Shown here: positions 37,830 through 47,844 of the stretch, one piece after another
Layout of the letters: each line of letters begins with the position of its first letter
How positions within the stretch are numbered: position 1 is the stretch's first letter
Assembly (NCBI GenBank): GCA_963702845.1
Contig: OY969763.1
Location: 4,480,001-4,544,000 of the forward strand
DNA length: 64,000 nt
Direction of reading: 5' to 3'
From: an uncultured Verrucomicrobiae bacterium
Lineage (GTDB): Bacteria > Verrucomicrobiota > Verrucomicrobiia > Limisphaerales > Palsa-1400
The notes under the pieces: generated by a model
What the model was told of the DNA's origin: nothing
The model's input: the letters and a program-made list of their open reading frames with translations, nothing else
The model's database searches: none
Translations under genes and position numbers: made by a program

Positions 37830-39755
37830 TCATTGCAATTGAAGTAAATAAAATCTTTGCGAACCGCCCGCATTGACAGCGTTTAGAACAGCCACGCTAA
37901 AATTCCCATCCGCGCTCAAAACATTCGTCGCAACCGGCATCCACTTGTTTAGCGGCAGCGCCACATTCGTGCTCATCAGTGTTTGGTAAGTCCCTCCGTA
38001 CAGCCCGTTGTTCCAGTGGAACACCAGGCCCGTCCCGGACAAACTGATTCCCGCGCTCTCAGGCTGCACCATCCGCGTGACGCTGATATCGTCGAGACCG
38101 AGATACGTATTGTCATCCCGGAATCCGAATTGAAGGACGGAGTTGATTCCCGTAGCTGTAACTGTGAACTGAAATTTGGTCCAGCCGATGGCGGCGAGAT
38201 TCGTTTTATCCAGCAGTGTTACTCCATTCCAGGAAGCCAGAAACTCATTGGGCGTTTCTCCATCGGGACTATCCAGCCAGAATGAGAGCAAATACGTTGC
38301 TCCCGGATACGTGGGCAGCGTTTGGGAAAGGTAACCGAGTGAACCGACCGGCCCGGGTTGCGCGCCATAACCGCCTGAATGAACATACCAGGGCTTGGTG
38401 CCGATCAGAATGTCAGGGAAACTATTTCCATAAAGTTGCCAGTGCGAAAAATCTCCCGTTTCAAAACCGCCATTGAGCGCGAAATTGTAGTCACTCAGTG
38501 GAGAAAGGCGCGGCAACGAAAGGGTGAACACCGTGCCATTACCCGAATTGCCTCCCTGAAATGCCGTTCCATATAACGAATTGTCGGCTAAAATTAATTC
38601 GGTTAGCGGCAGATCGCCGTCGCTGCCGATAAAATCATGGAGGTTCGTAAAACCCGATCCATCCGTGTGCACGGCGAATACCGTGCCATGACCCGATGCA
38701 CCTCCCTCGGTGGCCGTGCCATATAAGACATCGCCCCACAAAACCAGTCCGGCCTCTGGAAAACGTCCGTCGCTATTGGTGGCATAACCAGGGGGAGTAA
38801 GCGCCGTGAAACTGTAAAGGTTCGTAAATCCCGTGCCATCCGTATTGACGGCGAATATCGTGCCTTCATCGGTATCCACGCCATCAACGAAACCACCCTG
38901 ACTTGTCGTCCCATACAAAGTGCTGCCGGACAAAACCAGCGTGCTATACGAAGCGCCTCCGTCGATGCCAGTAAAGTCATGCAGTTTCGTAAATTCGGAG
39001 CCATCCGTTTGAATGGCGAACACCGTGCCCCAATTATATGCGCCTCGCGTATACATCGTCCCATACAGCGTGTTGCCCGACGCAATCAGTCCATTTGCTC
39101 CAAATCCATCGCTCGACGTAAAACTATGCAGGTTTGTAAAGCCCGTGCCGTCCGTGTGAATCGTGAACACCGTTCCGTTACCCGCAGCGCCGCCATTGTC
39201 TGCCGTTCCATAAAGGGATTCGCCTATGACAATGAACCCACCAAACGGATTTGCTCCGTCGCTGTTGATTGCACCAAACCCACTGGCAAGCGTCGTAAAA
39301 TTATACAAATTGGTAAAACCCGATCCATTCGTGTGAATGGCGAACACCGTGCCCGCACCTGAAGAGCCGCCATGCGATGCCGTCCCGTAAAGGGTGTCGC
39401 CCGATAAAACCAGACCACTCGGATTAGCTCCGTCGCCGTTTGTCAGCGGACCAGAACCCTGTAGCGCGCTAAAACCATGCAGATTTGTAAAGCCCGACCC
39501 ATCCGCATGGATCGCGAACACCGTCCCATTGCCCGATGGGCCGCCATTAAATGCCATTCCATACAGAATGTTGCCCGACAAAATCAATCCGCCAAGCGAC
39601 GACGGATTAGCTCCGTCGCTGTTGGTGGAGGAAGCTCCCTGCGTCGCGGTGAAACTATACAGATTTGTGAAGGTCTGCGCAGCAACCCGGTCAGGCAATA
39701 TCAAGGCGACGCAGGCAATCAGCGCCGGAAAGAGCAATAGAATTCTTATCTTCAT
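37830..39755 (-). CDS. Secreted GloVer-type (choice-of-anchor) tandem-repeat protein with carbohydrate-binding-like domain
   Basis: Repeats FTNLHSF...DGANP...LxLSGxTLYGT..GG..G.GTVF; NGGFETGDF domain; STNV...W...RFY tail. Confidence 0.88.
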   Translation of the reverse strand: MKIRILLLFPALIACVALILPDRVAAQTFTNLYSFTATQGASSTNSDGANPSSLGGLILSGNILYGMAFNGGPSGNGTVFAIHADGSGFTNLHGFSALQGSGPLTNGDGANPSGLVLSGDTLYGTASHGGSSGAGTVFAIHTNGSGFTNLYNFTTLASGFGAINSDGANPFGGFIVIGESLYGTADNGGAAGNGTVFTIHTDGTGFTNLHSFTSSDGFGANGLIASGNTLYGTMYTRGAYNWGTVFAIQTDGSEFTKLHDFTGIDGGASYSTLVLSGSTLYGTTSQGGFVDGVDTDEGTIFAVNTDGTGFTNLYSFTALTPPGYATNSDGRFPEAGLVLWGDVLYGTATEGGASGHGTVFAVHTDGSGFTNLHDFIGSDGDLPLTELILADNSLYGTAFQGGNSGNGTVFTLSLPRLSPLSDYNFALNGGFETGDFSHWQLYGNSFPDILIGTKPWYVHSGGYGAQPGPVGSLGYLSQTLPTYPGATYLLSFWLDSPDGETPNEFLASWNGVTLLDKTNLAAIGWTKFQFTVTATGINSVLQFGFRDDNTYLGLDDISVTRMVQPESAGISLSGTGLVFHWNNGLYGGTYQTLMSTNVALPLNKWMPVATNVLSADGNFSVAVLNAVNAGGSQRFYLLQLQ

Positions 39756-40397
39756 GACTCGTTTGGCCGCCGAATTGAACCGATACTACGACCGGTCGCC
39801 AGGATTGGAGGATCGGCCAACGAGCCAGAAAAACTGAGGACGACTATTAGTAACAAAAAGCCGGTCACAGTCAAATAGTTACCAACAGGGAAGCCCTTCC
39901 GCCCTCTCTGCATCTCAAGGCTGAACGACTAATTGCATTTTTTGCTACATAACGTTTACACGCCGTAACTTCATGATATAATGCCCTCGGACGCCGGTCC
40001 TTACCGGCACTGGGAGGCTGTCCAGAATGTGCAACATTCCCCGGTTCGTTCTTTGAAAACCGTACTAAAAGTGCGACTTAACTCGCACCAAAAGTGTCAC
40101 AATGTGCGGGAATGTGGGACAATGTGCGACTTTCCCACGATATTTTCTTTCCGGAGTCCATATTGCGAGGGTCGACGTTCGGCCTTTGACAAAAGTAGAA
40201 ACATTTCTTTCTACTAAGTATCTCCACTTGGCAACTAATTGCCGGAAGTAGAAGAAAGTTGCCAGAAGTAGAAACATTCCGATGATATTTTTCGCACGCT
40301 TTGACGTTGTTCGCGGGTGAAGCGACAAACAGCTACATTGAAAAGCCGATACAGAAAATTGTATCGGCTGTGCGATTGTGTTCAGGCGGTTTTGTGT

Positions 40398-41834
40398 TTA
40401 GTGATGGCCACCGCCTCCACCTCCGTGGCCGCCTCCGCCTCCGCCACCCATGTGGCCTCCTCCTCCGCCGAAGCCTCCGCCGCCACCGCCATGGCCTCCA
40501 GAGAAACCGCCACCGTGCATTCCGCCCCCAAAACCTCCACCGTGGCTGAACGCTGATGCTGACGGGCTTCCTGCAAATGCGCGGGATCCGCCGAAGGACG
40601 ACGCGCTCGGCCGCGACATGCTCGAAAAGCCGCCGCTGCTCAATGCACTGTGCCCCGCAAAAGCACTGCGACTGGCGAAGGTTGAACCGTGTCCACCAAA
40701 CATCTGGCTGGTGTTTCCGCTGTGTGCTGAATTGATTCCGCGGTTCATCCAAGCTGCCTGGTTCCCGCTGTGGAGAGCTGTGCGAGATCCGGACGGATCA
40801 ACCATCCTGCTTCCTGTGCTGGCGACAGCGCCATTTGCACTGCGAGCGAAAGTTCCATTCTGTCCACGAACCACAGTCCCATTCGCGCCGTGGGCAATCG
40901 CCCCATTTTGACCGCGTGCGAAAGTTCCATTCGCGCCGTGAACTATTGCATTGTTCATCGACCTTGTGCTGCCATTGAAGCCATTGTTGTGGCCACCGTT
41001 GTGCACGAAGTCGCTGTGGGTATTGTTAAAACCGTGTCCGTGGAAGTTCCCATTATTATGGAAGTTCCCATTATTATTATGGTTGTGACCATCGTGGTTG
41101 TGATTGTCATGGTTATGATTATTATTTCCGAAGAAGAAATTGAAGCCGAACGGGAATCCCCATCCGCCCCAGCCCCAACCGGAATTCCAGCCCCATCCTC
41201 CCCATCCTCCCCAGCCCCACCATGGATAATAGTCGGGGGAGTACGATGCGTAGTAAGGATAGTAAGGCGTGTATCCGTAACCGCCATCGGTATACCCGTA
41301 GCCGCCGTCGCTTGGATAGGCACTTGGATAGGCGTTGTAGATGTTATTTTGATCACCAGGAGTGGTCGGTTCTGTCGGGGCATATCCGTTAGTCGAATAA
41401 TCCGGTGCTTGCGCCCCGGCGGCTTGCGCTTGTTGGACTTGTTGCGCCTGGATCGCTTGCATCGCCTGGAGCGATTGGCGCGCCTGCGTGACGCGATCGC
41501 TCTCGAGCATCGCCGCAACAGTGTCGTTCGGCACACCCACTTTGTTCAAGTAAATGATGTCATCGGCCGTGAGGCTGAAACGCTGGCCGGACGTTTCGGC
41601 GTATCCTTTCACGACTTCAGGAGCGGTGCCGGCCTGCTGAAGTTTGATGATTTCTTTGGCGCCAACGGACAGGTCTACTGGCGCTGGCAACGCGGTTGCC
41701 GCAGCCGGTTGAGCGACCGTGGTCTGGGTTGAGGGTGTTACGGCGGGGGCGGGGTCAGCTTGGACTGCGAGGGCGGTCAGGCTGAACAGCGTCAGGATCC
41801 CGCTCACCAAATGGGTTGTAAGCGAGTTTTTCAT
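40398..41834 (-). CDS. Secreted low-complexity protein (Tyr/Trp/Gly-, Asn/His- and Gly-rich)
   Basis: GGAGG SD, signal peptide, small domain IIKL...LTADDIIYL...GVP; paralogue of the next gene. Confidence 0.8.
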   Translation of the reverse strand: MKNSLTTHLVSGILTLFSLTALAVQADPAPAVTPSTQTTVAQPAAATALPAPVDLSVGAKEIIKLQQAGTAPEVVKGYAETSGQRFSLTADDIIYLNKVGVPNDTVAAMLESDRVTQARQSLQAMQAIQAQQVQQAQAAGAQAPDYSTNGYAPTEPTTPGDQNNIYNAYPSAYPSDGGYGYTDGGYGYTPYYPYYASYSPDYYPWWGWGGWGGWGWNSGWGWGGWGFPFGFNFFFGNNNHNHDNHNHDGHNHNNNGNFHNNGNFHGHGFNNTHSDFVHNGGHNNGFNGSTRSMNNAIVHGANGTFARGQNGAIAHGANGTVVRGQNGTFARSANGAVASTGSRMVDPSGSRTALHSGNQAAWMNRGINSAHSGNTSQMFGGHGSTFASRSAFAGHSALSSGGFSSMSRPSASSFGGSRAFAGSPSASAFSHGGGFGGGMHGGGFSGGHGGGGGGFGGGGGHMGGGGGGGHGGGGGGHH

Positions 41835-41953
41835 TTCGGCCTCCAAATAAACCTACGACGGAATTGGGTAAGCGGAAGGGGTGATTTTTTACTGTTGAGT
41901 TGGCCTCCCGGTTGGGTGCTGCTTGTCGACTTGGTGAAGTCACGACATCATTG

Positions 41954-42931
41954 TTAACGATGGCCGCCACCGCCGCCGTGTCCACCGCCGCCGCCGTGAA
42001 AGGCCATTCCGCCGTGACCTGCGCTATGGGCACCACTGACCGCGCCGTGCGTCGCCATCGAGCCGTCAAAGGATTGATGCGGCATCGAGCTTACGTGACC
42101 GGTGAAGTGATTGTTGAAGCCGTTGTGATGTACGAAGTTGTTTCGATGGTTATTGAAACCATGACGGTGCCCATTGAAGCCGAAGGTATCGAAGCCAAAG
42201 CCAAACGGGACGCCCCATCCCCAGCCCCAAGGAGCATTGTAGTAATCAACGTAGTCGCCGTCGTCGGTGTAGCCTCCGTAATACGGGTTGCCGTCGGCGT
42301 CGTAGTTGTTGGGCATGGACGATGGTTCGGCAGGCATCGCTGAGGAGTCGGAGCTATAGCCTTCGTCGGGATAGGAGTAGTAATATGGATAGCCACTTTC
42401 GCTGTAGCCTTGGGGCTGCGGGTCCGTCGAGGTCAAGTCAGAGTAAGTCGGCGTTTGCCTTGGTGCGGCTGCGCCAGCTTCTTCTGTTTGGATTTCTGCT
42501 TGCTCGGCAGCGACACGATCGCGAGCGGTGCGGTCGCGCATGAGCATTGCGTGGATGGTGTCCTGCGGCAGGCCGAGTTTGCTCAGGTAAAGAATATCGT
42601 CGGCACTGATGCTGTAGAGGTCATCGGAGGCTTGGACGTAGTCGGTCAGCAGTTTTGGGCTGGTGCCGGATTGGAACAGTTTGATGACCTGCTTTGTCGC
42701 GCTGGTTAGATCAGTCGGCGCACCCGCGCCCGGCGGCAGAGGTGGGGCCACTGCAACGCTGGGATTATTGGGCACCTGTGGAACATCCACAGCGCTCGTT
42801 GGGTCCGGTGGTTGGCTGGTGTTCGAGGCGCTGGGCGGTTCGGCGCGCAGTGCGAGTGGGAATTCCAATGTCAATGCGACGAGCAGGGCTGAGGTCCCGC
42901 TCACCATCCTGGATGGTAGCGAGGTTTTCAT
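41954..42931 (-). CDS. Secreted low-complexity protein, paralogue of 40398-41834
   Basis: Signal peptide, VIKL...ISADDILYLSKLGLP, WGWGWGVPFGFGF, Gly-His tail. Confidence 0.8.
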   Translation of the reverse strand: MKTSLPSRMVSGTSALLVALTLEFPLALRAEPPSASNTSQPPDPTSAVDVPQVPNNPSVAVAPPLPPGAGAPTDLTSATKQVIKLFQSGTSPKLLTDYVQASDDLYSISADDILYLSKLGLPQDTIHAMLMRDRTARDRVAAEQAEIQTEEAGAAAPRQTPTYSDLTSTDPQPQGYSESGYPYYYSYPDEGYSSDSSAMPAEPSSMPNNYDADGNPYYGGYTDDGDYVDYYNAPWGWGWGVPFGFGFDTFGFNGHRHGFNNHRNNFVHHNGFNNHFTGHVSSMPHQSFDGSMATHGAVSGAHSAGHGGMAFHGGGGGHGGGGGHR

Positions 42932-43238
42932 GATTAAACCTAAGGCCATTTGGCAATGGCGCTAGGTGCAATCGTATGCTGATTTTGACGTGAGTCGCAT
43001 GGCGAAGGATGTGCTTGATGAAAGTGGGACTCCCACCCTTCCAGGGGGTTTTGACCGAAGGCCCGACCCCGCAATTATCGTGAGCTTAACTAAGTGCCAT
43101 TCGGGTCGGTTCTTAGTATTGACAACATTTAGTCATTACAAAAAATTTGAAAGGGCCTGCTGGGTCAAAGAGCTCGGCCGAGCATTCGCAAACGATATTT
43201 TTTGTCGCTTAGCTGGGGAACTGTTTTATTCTCGCGCC

Positions 43239-44081
43239 GTGAAACTTCCCGTTTTGCGATTTATCCTGGTGTTCCTGTTTTTGGGCCTGATTTCGGTTTG
43301 CCCCGGCGCGGATGCACCGGCATGGAGGGAGCGCCCATGGAAGCTTGTTTGGCACGATGAATTTGATGGCCACAAGCTGGATAGCGGCAAATGGAATGTC
43401 CTCATTCGCGAGCAAAGCAAGCACACCGAGCTTCAGTATTATCTGCCCGACGAAGTTTATGTGGAGAAAGGCTGTCTGCATCTACGGAGCGAGCAGCGGG
43501 ATTTTGGTTCACAGCATTTCACGAGTGGGCGAATAGACACGAGCGGAAAATTCGCGCCGGTCTATGGCCGGTTTGAGATCCGCGGGAAGCTGCCCGGGGG
43601 AAAAGGATTGTGGCCGGCGTATTGGCTCTATCCGCAGAATCGCGATTGGGCGATGGAGCGTCTCATGGCGCAAGCGATAACCAACGGCCTGGAGAGATTG
43701 ATCCCCGAGGCGCGCCCTTGGTATTCGGAAATTGATATCATGGAATATCTCGGGGACCGAACCAACATCGTTTATGGAACACTGAACTACTACACATTTG
43801 ACGGCGTGAAGAAAGCGAGCGCGGGGAAATTCAAAGCGGGTATTGATCTGTCAAAGGATTTTCACATCTATGCGCTGGAATGGGAACCGGACCAAATCCG
43901 GTGGTATGTCGATGGCAAATTGTATCACTCCACCACCAATGGGATACCGCACGCGCCGCGTTATTTGATTCTGAACACGGCAGTAGGTGGGAAGTGGCCG
44001 GGCAATCCCGATGCAACAACGACTTTCCCGCAATTTCACGATATTGATTACGTTCGAGTTTACCAACGAAAGACGTTTTGA
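43239..44081 (+). CDS. Glycoside hydrolase family 16
   Basis: WKLVWHDEFDG, YGRFEIR, GLWPAYW, catalytic EIDIME, IDYVRVYQ; GTG start inferred from the signal peptide. Confidence 0.92.
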   Translation: MKLPVLRFILVFLFLGLISVCPGADAPAWRERPWKLVWHDEFDGHKLDSGKWNVLIREQSKHTELQYYLPDEVYVEKGCLHLRSEQRDFGSQHFTSGRIDTSGKFAPVYGRFEIRGKLPGGKGLWPAYWLYPQNRDWAMERLMAQAITNGLERLIPEARPWYSEIDIMEYLGDRTNIVYGTLNYYTFDGVKKASAGKFKAGIDLSKDFHIYALEWEPDQIRWYVDGKLYHSTTNGIPHAPRYLILNTAVGGKWPGNPDATTTFPQFHDIDYVRVYQRKTF

Positions 44082-44250
44082 CTGTCGTGCACGTGTCAGT
44101 CCCAACTGGCCAAGTGACAAGTGATGGGGCTGACATATGCACCGCAGAAATTCCCGCCTTTGCCAGCATTTCCATTATAGGACGAACACATTTGTTCGCC
44201 CATCCCAATATCCGGTTTTAAACTGTCAACTAAGCGCTACGTTGCGCCGT

Positions 44251-44418
44251 ATGAAGACATTATTCTTAGTTCTATGGGCGGCAGCTTTAATGGGTTGCTG
44301 CCATACGAATCCCTGCGGAAGAACCGCTTGCCAACCAGTGCGCCGTTGCCCGACGGCAAGTTGTTGTCACCAGCAGCCGTGCAGCGTGGACGGTTTTAGT
44401 GCCTGTATATATAAATGA
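44251..44418 (+). CDS. Small Cys-rich lipoprotein (55 aa, 9 Cys)
   Basis: MKTLFLVLWAAALMG-CC lipobox; paralogous N-terminus at 44701. Confidence 0.7.
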   Translation: MKTLFLVLWAAALMGCCHTNPCGRTACQPVRRCPTASCCHQQPCSVDGFSACIYK

Positions 44419-44700
44419 ATCGGGGCAGGCGCTGTAGCAAAGAAACAGCCCGGCTTCGCAATTTTAACGAACAACCTTAATAGGTGCCGCGGCTCTGGCC
44501 CTGTGCAATCGCCAGAAACGTTGGTTATCCACGCCACGAAGAGGCACAAAAACTCGAGATGTTGGCGCGAGTTTCAGTTCTAGCGCCCCCAGCCTACAAA
44601 AAGCAAAATCCTGTCATTCTTTCCCCTAAGCGCGAACACTTTTGTTGCCTATGCTGCTATCGGGTTTCGCAACCGGCAAAGAGCGCTAGGTTGCGGGCTT

Positions 44701-44925
44701 ATGAAAACATTATTGTTAACCTTGGGCGCGGCGGCCTTGATGGGCTGCTGCGGTAGTCGACACAGTTGCGGGACGACTGCTTCCGTAAGTCCTTGCTCGT
44801 CTACTGCAATGGAACCTGCAGGCGCTAGCACGCAACCTGTGAGCGTCAGCACGATTACCTGGCAAGCCGTGCCTCCTTGCTCGACTAGCGGGAATGCGTT
44901 GCCTTGTTATACTCCGGCTAAATGA
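44701..44925 (+). CDS. Small Cys-rich lipoprotein (74 aa, 6 Cys)
   Basis: MKTLLLTLGAAALMG-CC lipobox. Confidence 0.7.
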   Translation: MKTLLLTLGAAALMGCCGSRHSCGTTASVSPCSSTAMEPAGASTQPVSVSTITWQAVPPCSTSGNALPCYTPAK

Positions 44926-45005
44926 AGCAGCAGGCGCGTCGACGACGAAATGGAAATCTGACTCTTCGTGCTAAACAGCCTTTAGCGTAAGAAACGTATT
45001 CTTAA

Positions 45006-45108
45006 CATTGGCGCGTGGTCGCCCGTTCGTACACGACGAGGCCAAAGGGCACGTCAACGGAGATCGCCAAGCGACCCCCCTCCTACGCGGGGTGGCCGCG
45101 TGCTAATG
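45006..45108 (+). ncRNA. Candidate structured RNA (unassigned)
   Basis: 19-bp closing stem whose five non-Watson-Crick positions are all G-U on the plus strand, enclosing small hairpins. Confidence 0.35.
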
Positions 45109-45920
45109 CGTATGTCAAGTGTCATTCATTAGGGCGCTTGTCAACAGAGACAAAACGTTGCTGTCCTCAATGTTCAAATTGAGTTCTCTTTCGCTGCGAT
45201 TTTTACAAGTTGCGCGGCGATAGGTGGCTTCGTGGTCGCCCATGACGTAGCCTTTGGCTGGGCGTAAACGAGTTGGGCGGCCGAGTTTAGGCGACGGCGA
45301 CGGCGGCGAGCTTTTTGTAATGCGCCCGCAGTCTGGGGATCACGTAAAACTGGGCGACGCCGACGACGAGGACTCCAACACCGATGTGCTGCATAGACGC
45401 CGTGCAGGCGACTACAACTCCTTCCAATGCTTTCACTCTTTTATCGCGGACGTCCAAGAGAGCGCGAAAACAAAATGATTATTGAGTCTTTTTTCCCGGC
45501 GTTCAAAAGCCAACTTCGGCCGCGCAATCCTGCTATTTTCATTCTGTCCCTCCGGGCGTTTGGTTTGAGCATCGAGAGCGCGCGAAAGTAAAAGGCATGT
45601 TGGTCACGTCAGCACTGACGGGCACTGACGGCGCGCGCGGAGCGACGCGCCCCTACTTAGGGGCCTGGGTTTTGCCGGCTCGGGATGTTTCCAGTCAGAG
45701 CGGTAGGGACGGCGGAGGAGGCGGGTGAAAGAAGGCGACGGTTGAGTGTTGAGCGGCAGGGTTCCGTTTCATCCGATATTCATCGAATTTTTCCGTATTA
45801 ATTTATTTATATACATATTTGCCGCTCGTTTGCTAAGGTGTCGCCACTTCCAAAACCCATGGGATCAGAGATGTCGTGTCATCTCCGATAAACTTAAACT
45901 TAAACGTAGAAAGTTAGCCC

Positions 45921-47453
45921 ATGAAACATCCGTCCAAACTCTGCAGCATTGCCTGTCAGAAAATAAAAAGAACCCACATCCGATCGATGACGGCCATTGT
46001 CGCATTGATCTGTTGCACCACACACGCCGGCGCCCGTCCACTTGGCGTTGACGTCTCGTCCTTTCAAGGCTCGGTCACGTGGTCGAGTGTGAAAGCCGCT
46101 GGCGTCACTTACGCGTGGGCGAAAGCCACTGAAGGTGTCACGCTCAATGACTCGACTTTCGCCGGCAACCAAAACAACGGCAAGGCGGCCGGTCTTTACA
46201 TGGGCGCGTATCATTTTGCGCGGCCCGGAAACAACAGTCCCGGCTCGGAGTCCAGTCACTTCTGGAGCATCGCCAATCCTTACATCCTCGCCGATGGCAA
46301 AACCTTTATGCCGGTGCTTGATTTCGAGGATTTCTCCGGCCATGTCAGCGCGACGTCGTTTTCCGATTGGGCCAATCAATGGTGCAACACGATCAAGAAC
46401 AACGCGACCGGCACGGGGCTTTCGGTCACGCCTGTGTTTTACACGAGCTCTTGCTCCGCGTGTAATTTCACGACTTCGATCGCATCCTGGACTCCGTGGC
46501 TGGCAAATTACAACGGGCTGGATTCGCAAACGGGCAATCCCTGGAACATTTGCACGGGCTGCGAAGTCTGGGGCGCGGGCGTTTGGAATGTCTGGCAATA
46601 CACCTCGAGCGGTTCTGTTTCCGGCATTTCCGGCAATGTCGATCGCGATGTTTATAACGGCAGCACCATCTCTGCGGCGACGGCGAAACTTCTCGTAAAA
46701 AGCACATTCGGGGGCACCAGTGTTGGTTATTATAATCCCGCGGATGGCACGTATCATCTGCGCAACTCGCTGAGTTTTGGCCCGTCAGATTACGCGTGGA
46801 TTGCCTACACCCCGCCGCCGTCTGGAATTATTCCTGTGACCGGCGATTGGGATGGTAACCATCAGACCAGCACTGGTTATTACAACCCGGCCGACGGCTC
46901 ATACCATTTGAAAGACGCGCTGGATTCCGGATCATCAGACTACGCCTGGGTCGCTTACAGCCCGCCGACCGCCGGAATCATTCCGGTGACTGGCGATTGG
47001 GACGGCGACGGCAAGACCGGCGTCGGCTACTACAATCCTGCTGACGGCAGTTTTCATTTGAAAAACACGCTCGGCGTCGGCCCTTCCGATTACGCGTTCG
47101 TGTTCGGCCCGCCTAATATGGTTCCGCTGACCGGCGACTGGGATGGCAATGGCGCATGGGGCATCGGCTATTACAATCCGGCCGACGGCACTGTGCACTT
47201 GCGCGATGCGTTGAGCGCCGGGCCTTCTGATTACATCTTCACGTTTATTTCCACGCCGAATTCGTCCTACAAAATTATTACGGGCGATTGGAATGCGGAT
47301 CACAGGACGAGCATCGGCTATTACAACCCGGGCGACGGCAGTTATCATTTGCGCAACTCGCTGAGCGCCGGGCCTTCTGATTACGCCTGGGTTGCTTACA
47401 ATCCGCCCACGGCAGGCATCATTCCTGTAACTGGCGACTGGGACGCACAATAA
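45921..47453 (+). CDS. GH25 muramidase with five C-terminal GYYNPADG...GDWDG repeats
   Basis: GVDVSSFQG, KATEG, GAYHFARP, LDFE, WQYTSSG, VDRD; five ~50-aa repeats. Confidence 0.92.
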   Translation: MKHPSKLCSIACQKIKRTHIRSMTAIVALICCTTHAGARPLGVDVSSFQGSVTWSSVKAAGVTYAWAKATEGVTLNDSTFAGNQNNGKAAGLYMGAYHFARPGNNSPGSESSHFWSIANPYILADGKTFMPVLDFEDFSGHVSATSFSDWANQWCNTIKNNATGTGLSVTPVFYTSSCSACNFTTSIASWTPWLANYNGLDSQTGNPWNICTGCEVWGAGVWNVWQYTSSGSVSGISGNVDRDVYNGSTISAATAKLLVKSTFGGTSVGYYNPADGTYHLRNSLSFGPSDYAWIAYTPPPSGIIPVTGDWDGNHQTSTGYYNPADGSYHLKDALDSGSSDYAWVAYSPPTAGIIPVTGDWDGDGKTGVGYYNPADGSFHLKNTLGVGPSDYAFVFGPPNMVPLTGDWDGNGAWGIGYYNPADGTVHLRDALSAGPSDYIFTFISTPNSSYKIITGDWNADHRTSIGYYNPGDGSYHLRNSLSAGPSDYAWVAYNPPTAGIIPVTGDWDAQ

Positions 47454-47595
47454 AATTCGCGGCCATCGCGCTCACAAATTAGCGCCACAAAAAAATCGCG
47501 GGAATGCTGCTGCACGACCGCCTCTCAGTTTTTCCTAGATAAAAATCAGAGAGACCACCGATTGTCGGCGCAACGATTTCATCGGTTTGTACTTT

Positions 47596-47844
47596 ATGAA
47601 AAGTCATATCATGATTGGGTTGATGGCAACCGGGTTAATAGCCGGTTGTTCCACGTCAAAAGTACAGTATAGCGACCTGCCTGCCCCGGTGCAGAATACC
47701 CTTCGAAACCAGTGTCACAATGCGCAGATCGCCAAAATCGAGAAAGAAAAGCATCACGGCTGTCCCGTTTATGAAGTTGAATTCTGTGCACCGGGAAAGA
47801 ATCCCAAAGTGCACATCAATCCGGATGGAACGATTGTAGACTGA
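47596..47844 (+). CDS. Small PepSY/BLIP-like lipoprotein
   Basis: LIAG-C lipobox, DLPAPVQNT, IEKE...VYEVE...INPDG. Confidence 0.7.
   Translation: MKSHIMIGLMATGLIAGCSTSKVQYSDLPAPVQNTLRNQCHNAQIAKIEKEKHHGCPVYEVEFCAPGKNPKVHINPDGTIVD

Noticed and set aside
45287..45436. Minus-strand ORF ending KKLAAVAVA*, resembling a tmRNA tag
   Set aside because: No tRNA-like acceptor ends or T-arm flank it; more likely a small or remnant membrane ORF.
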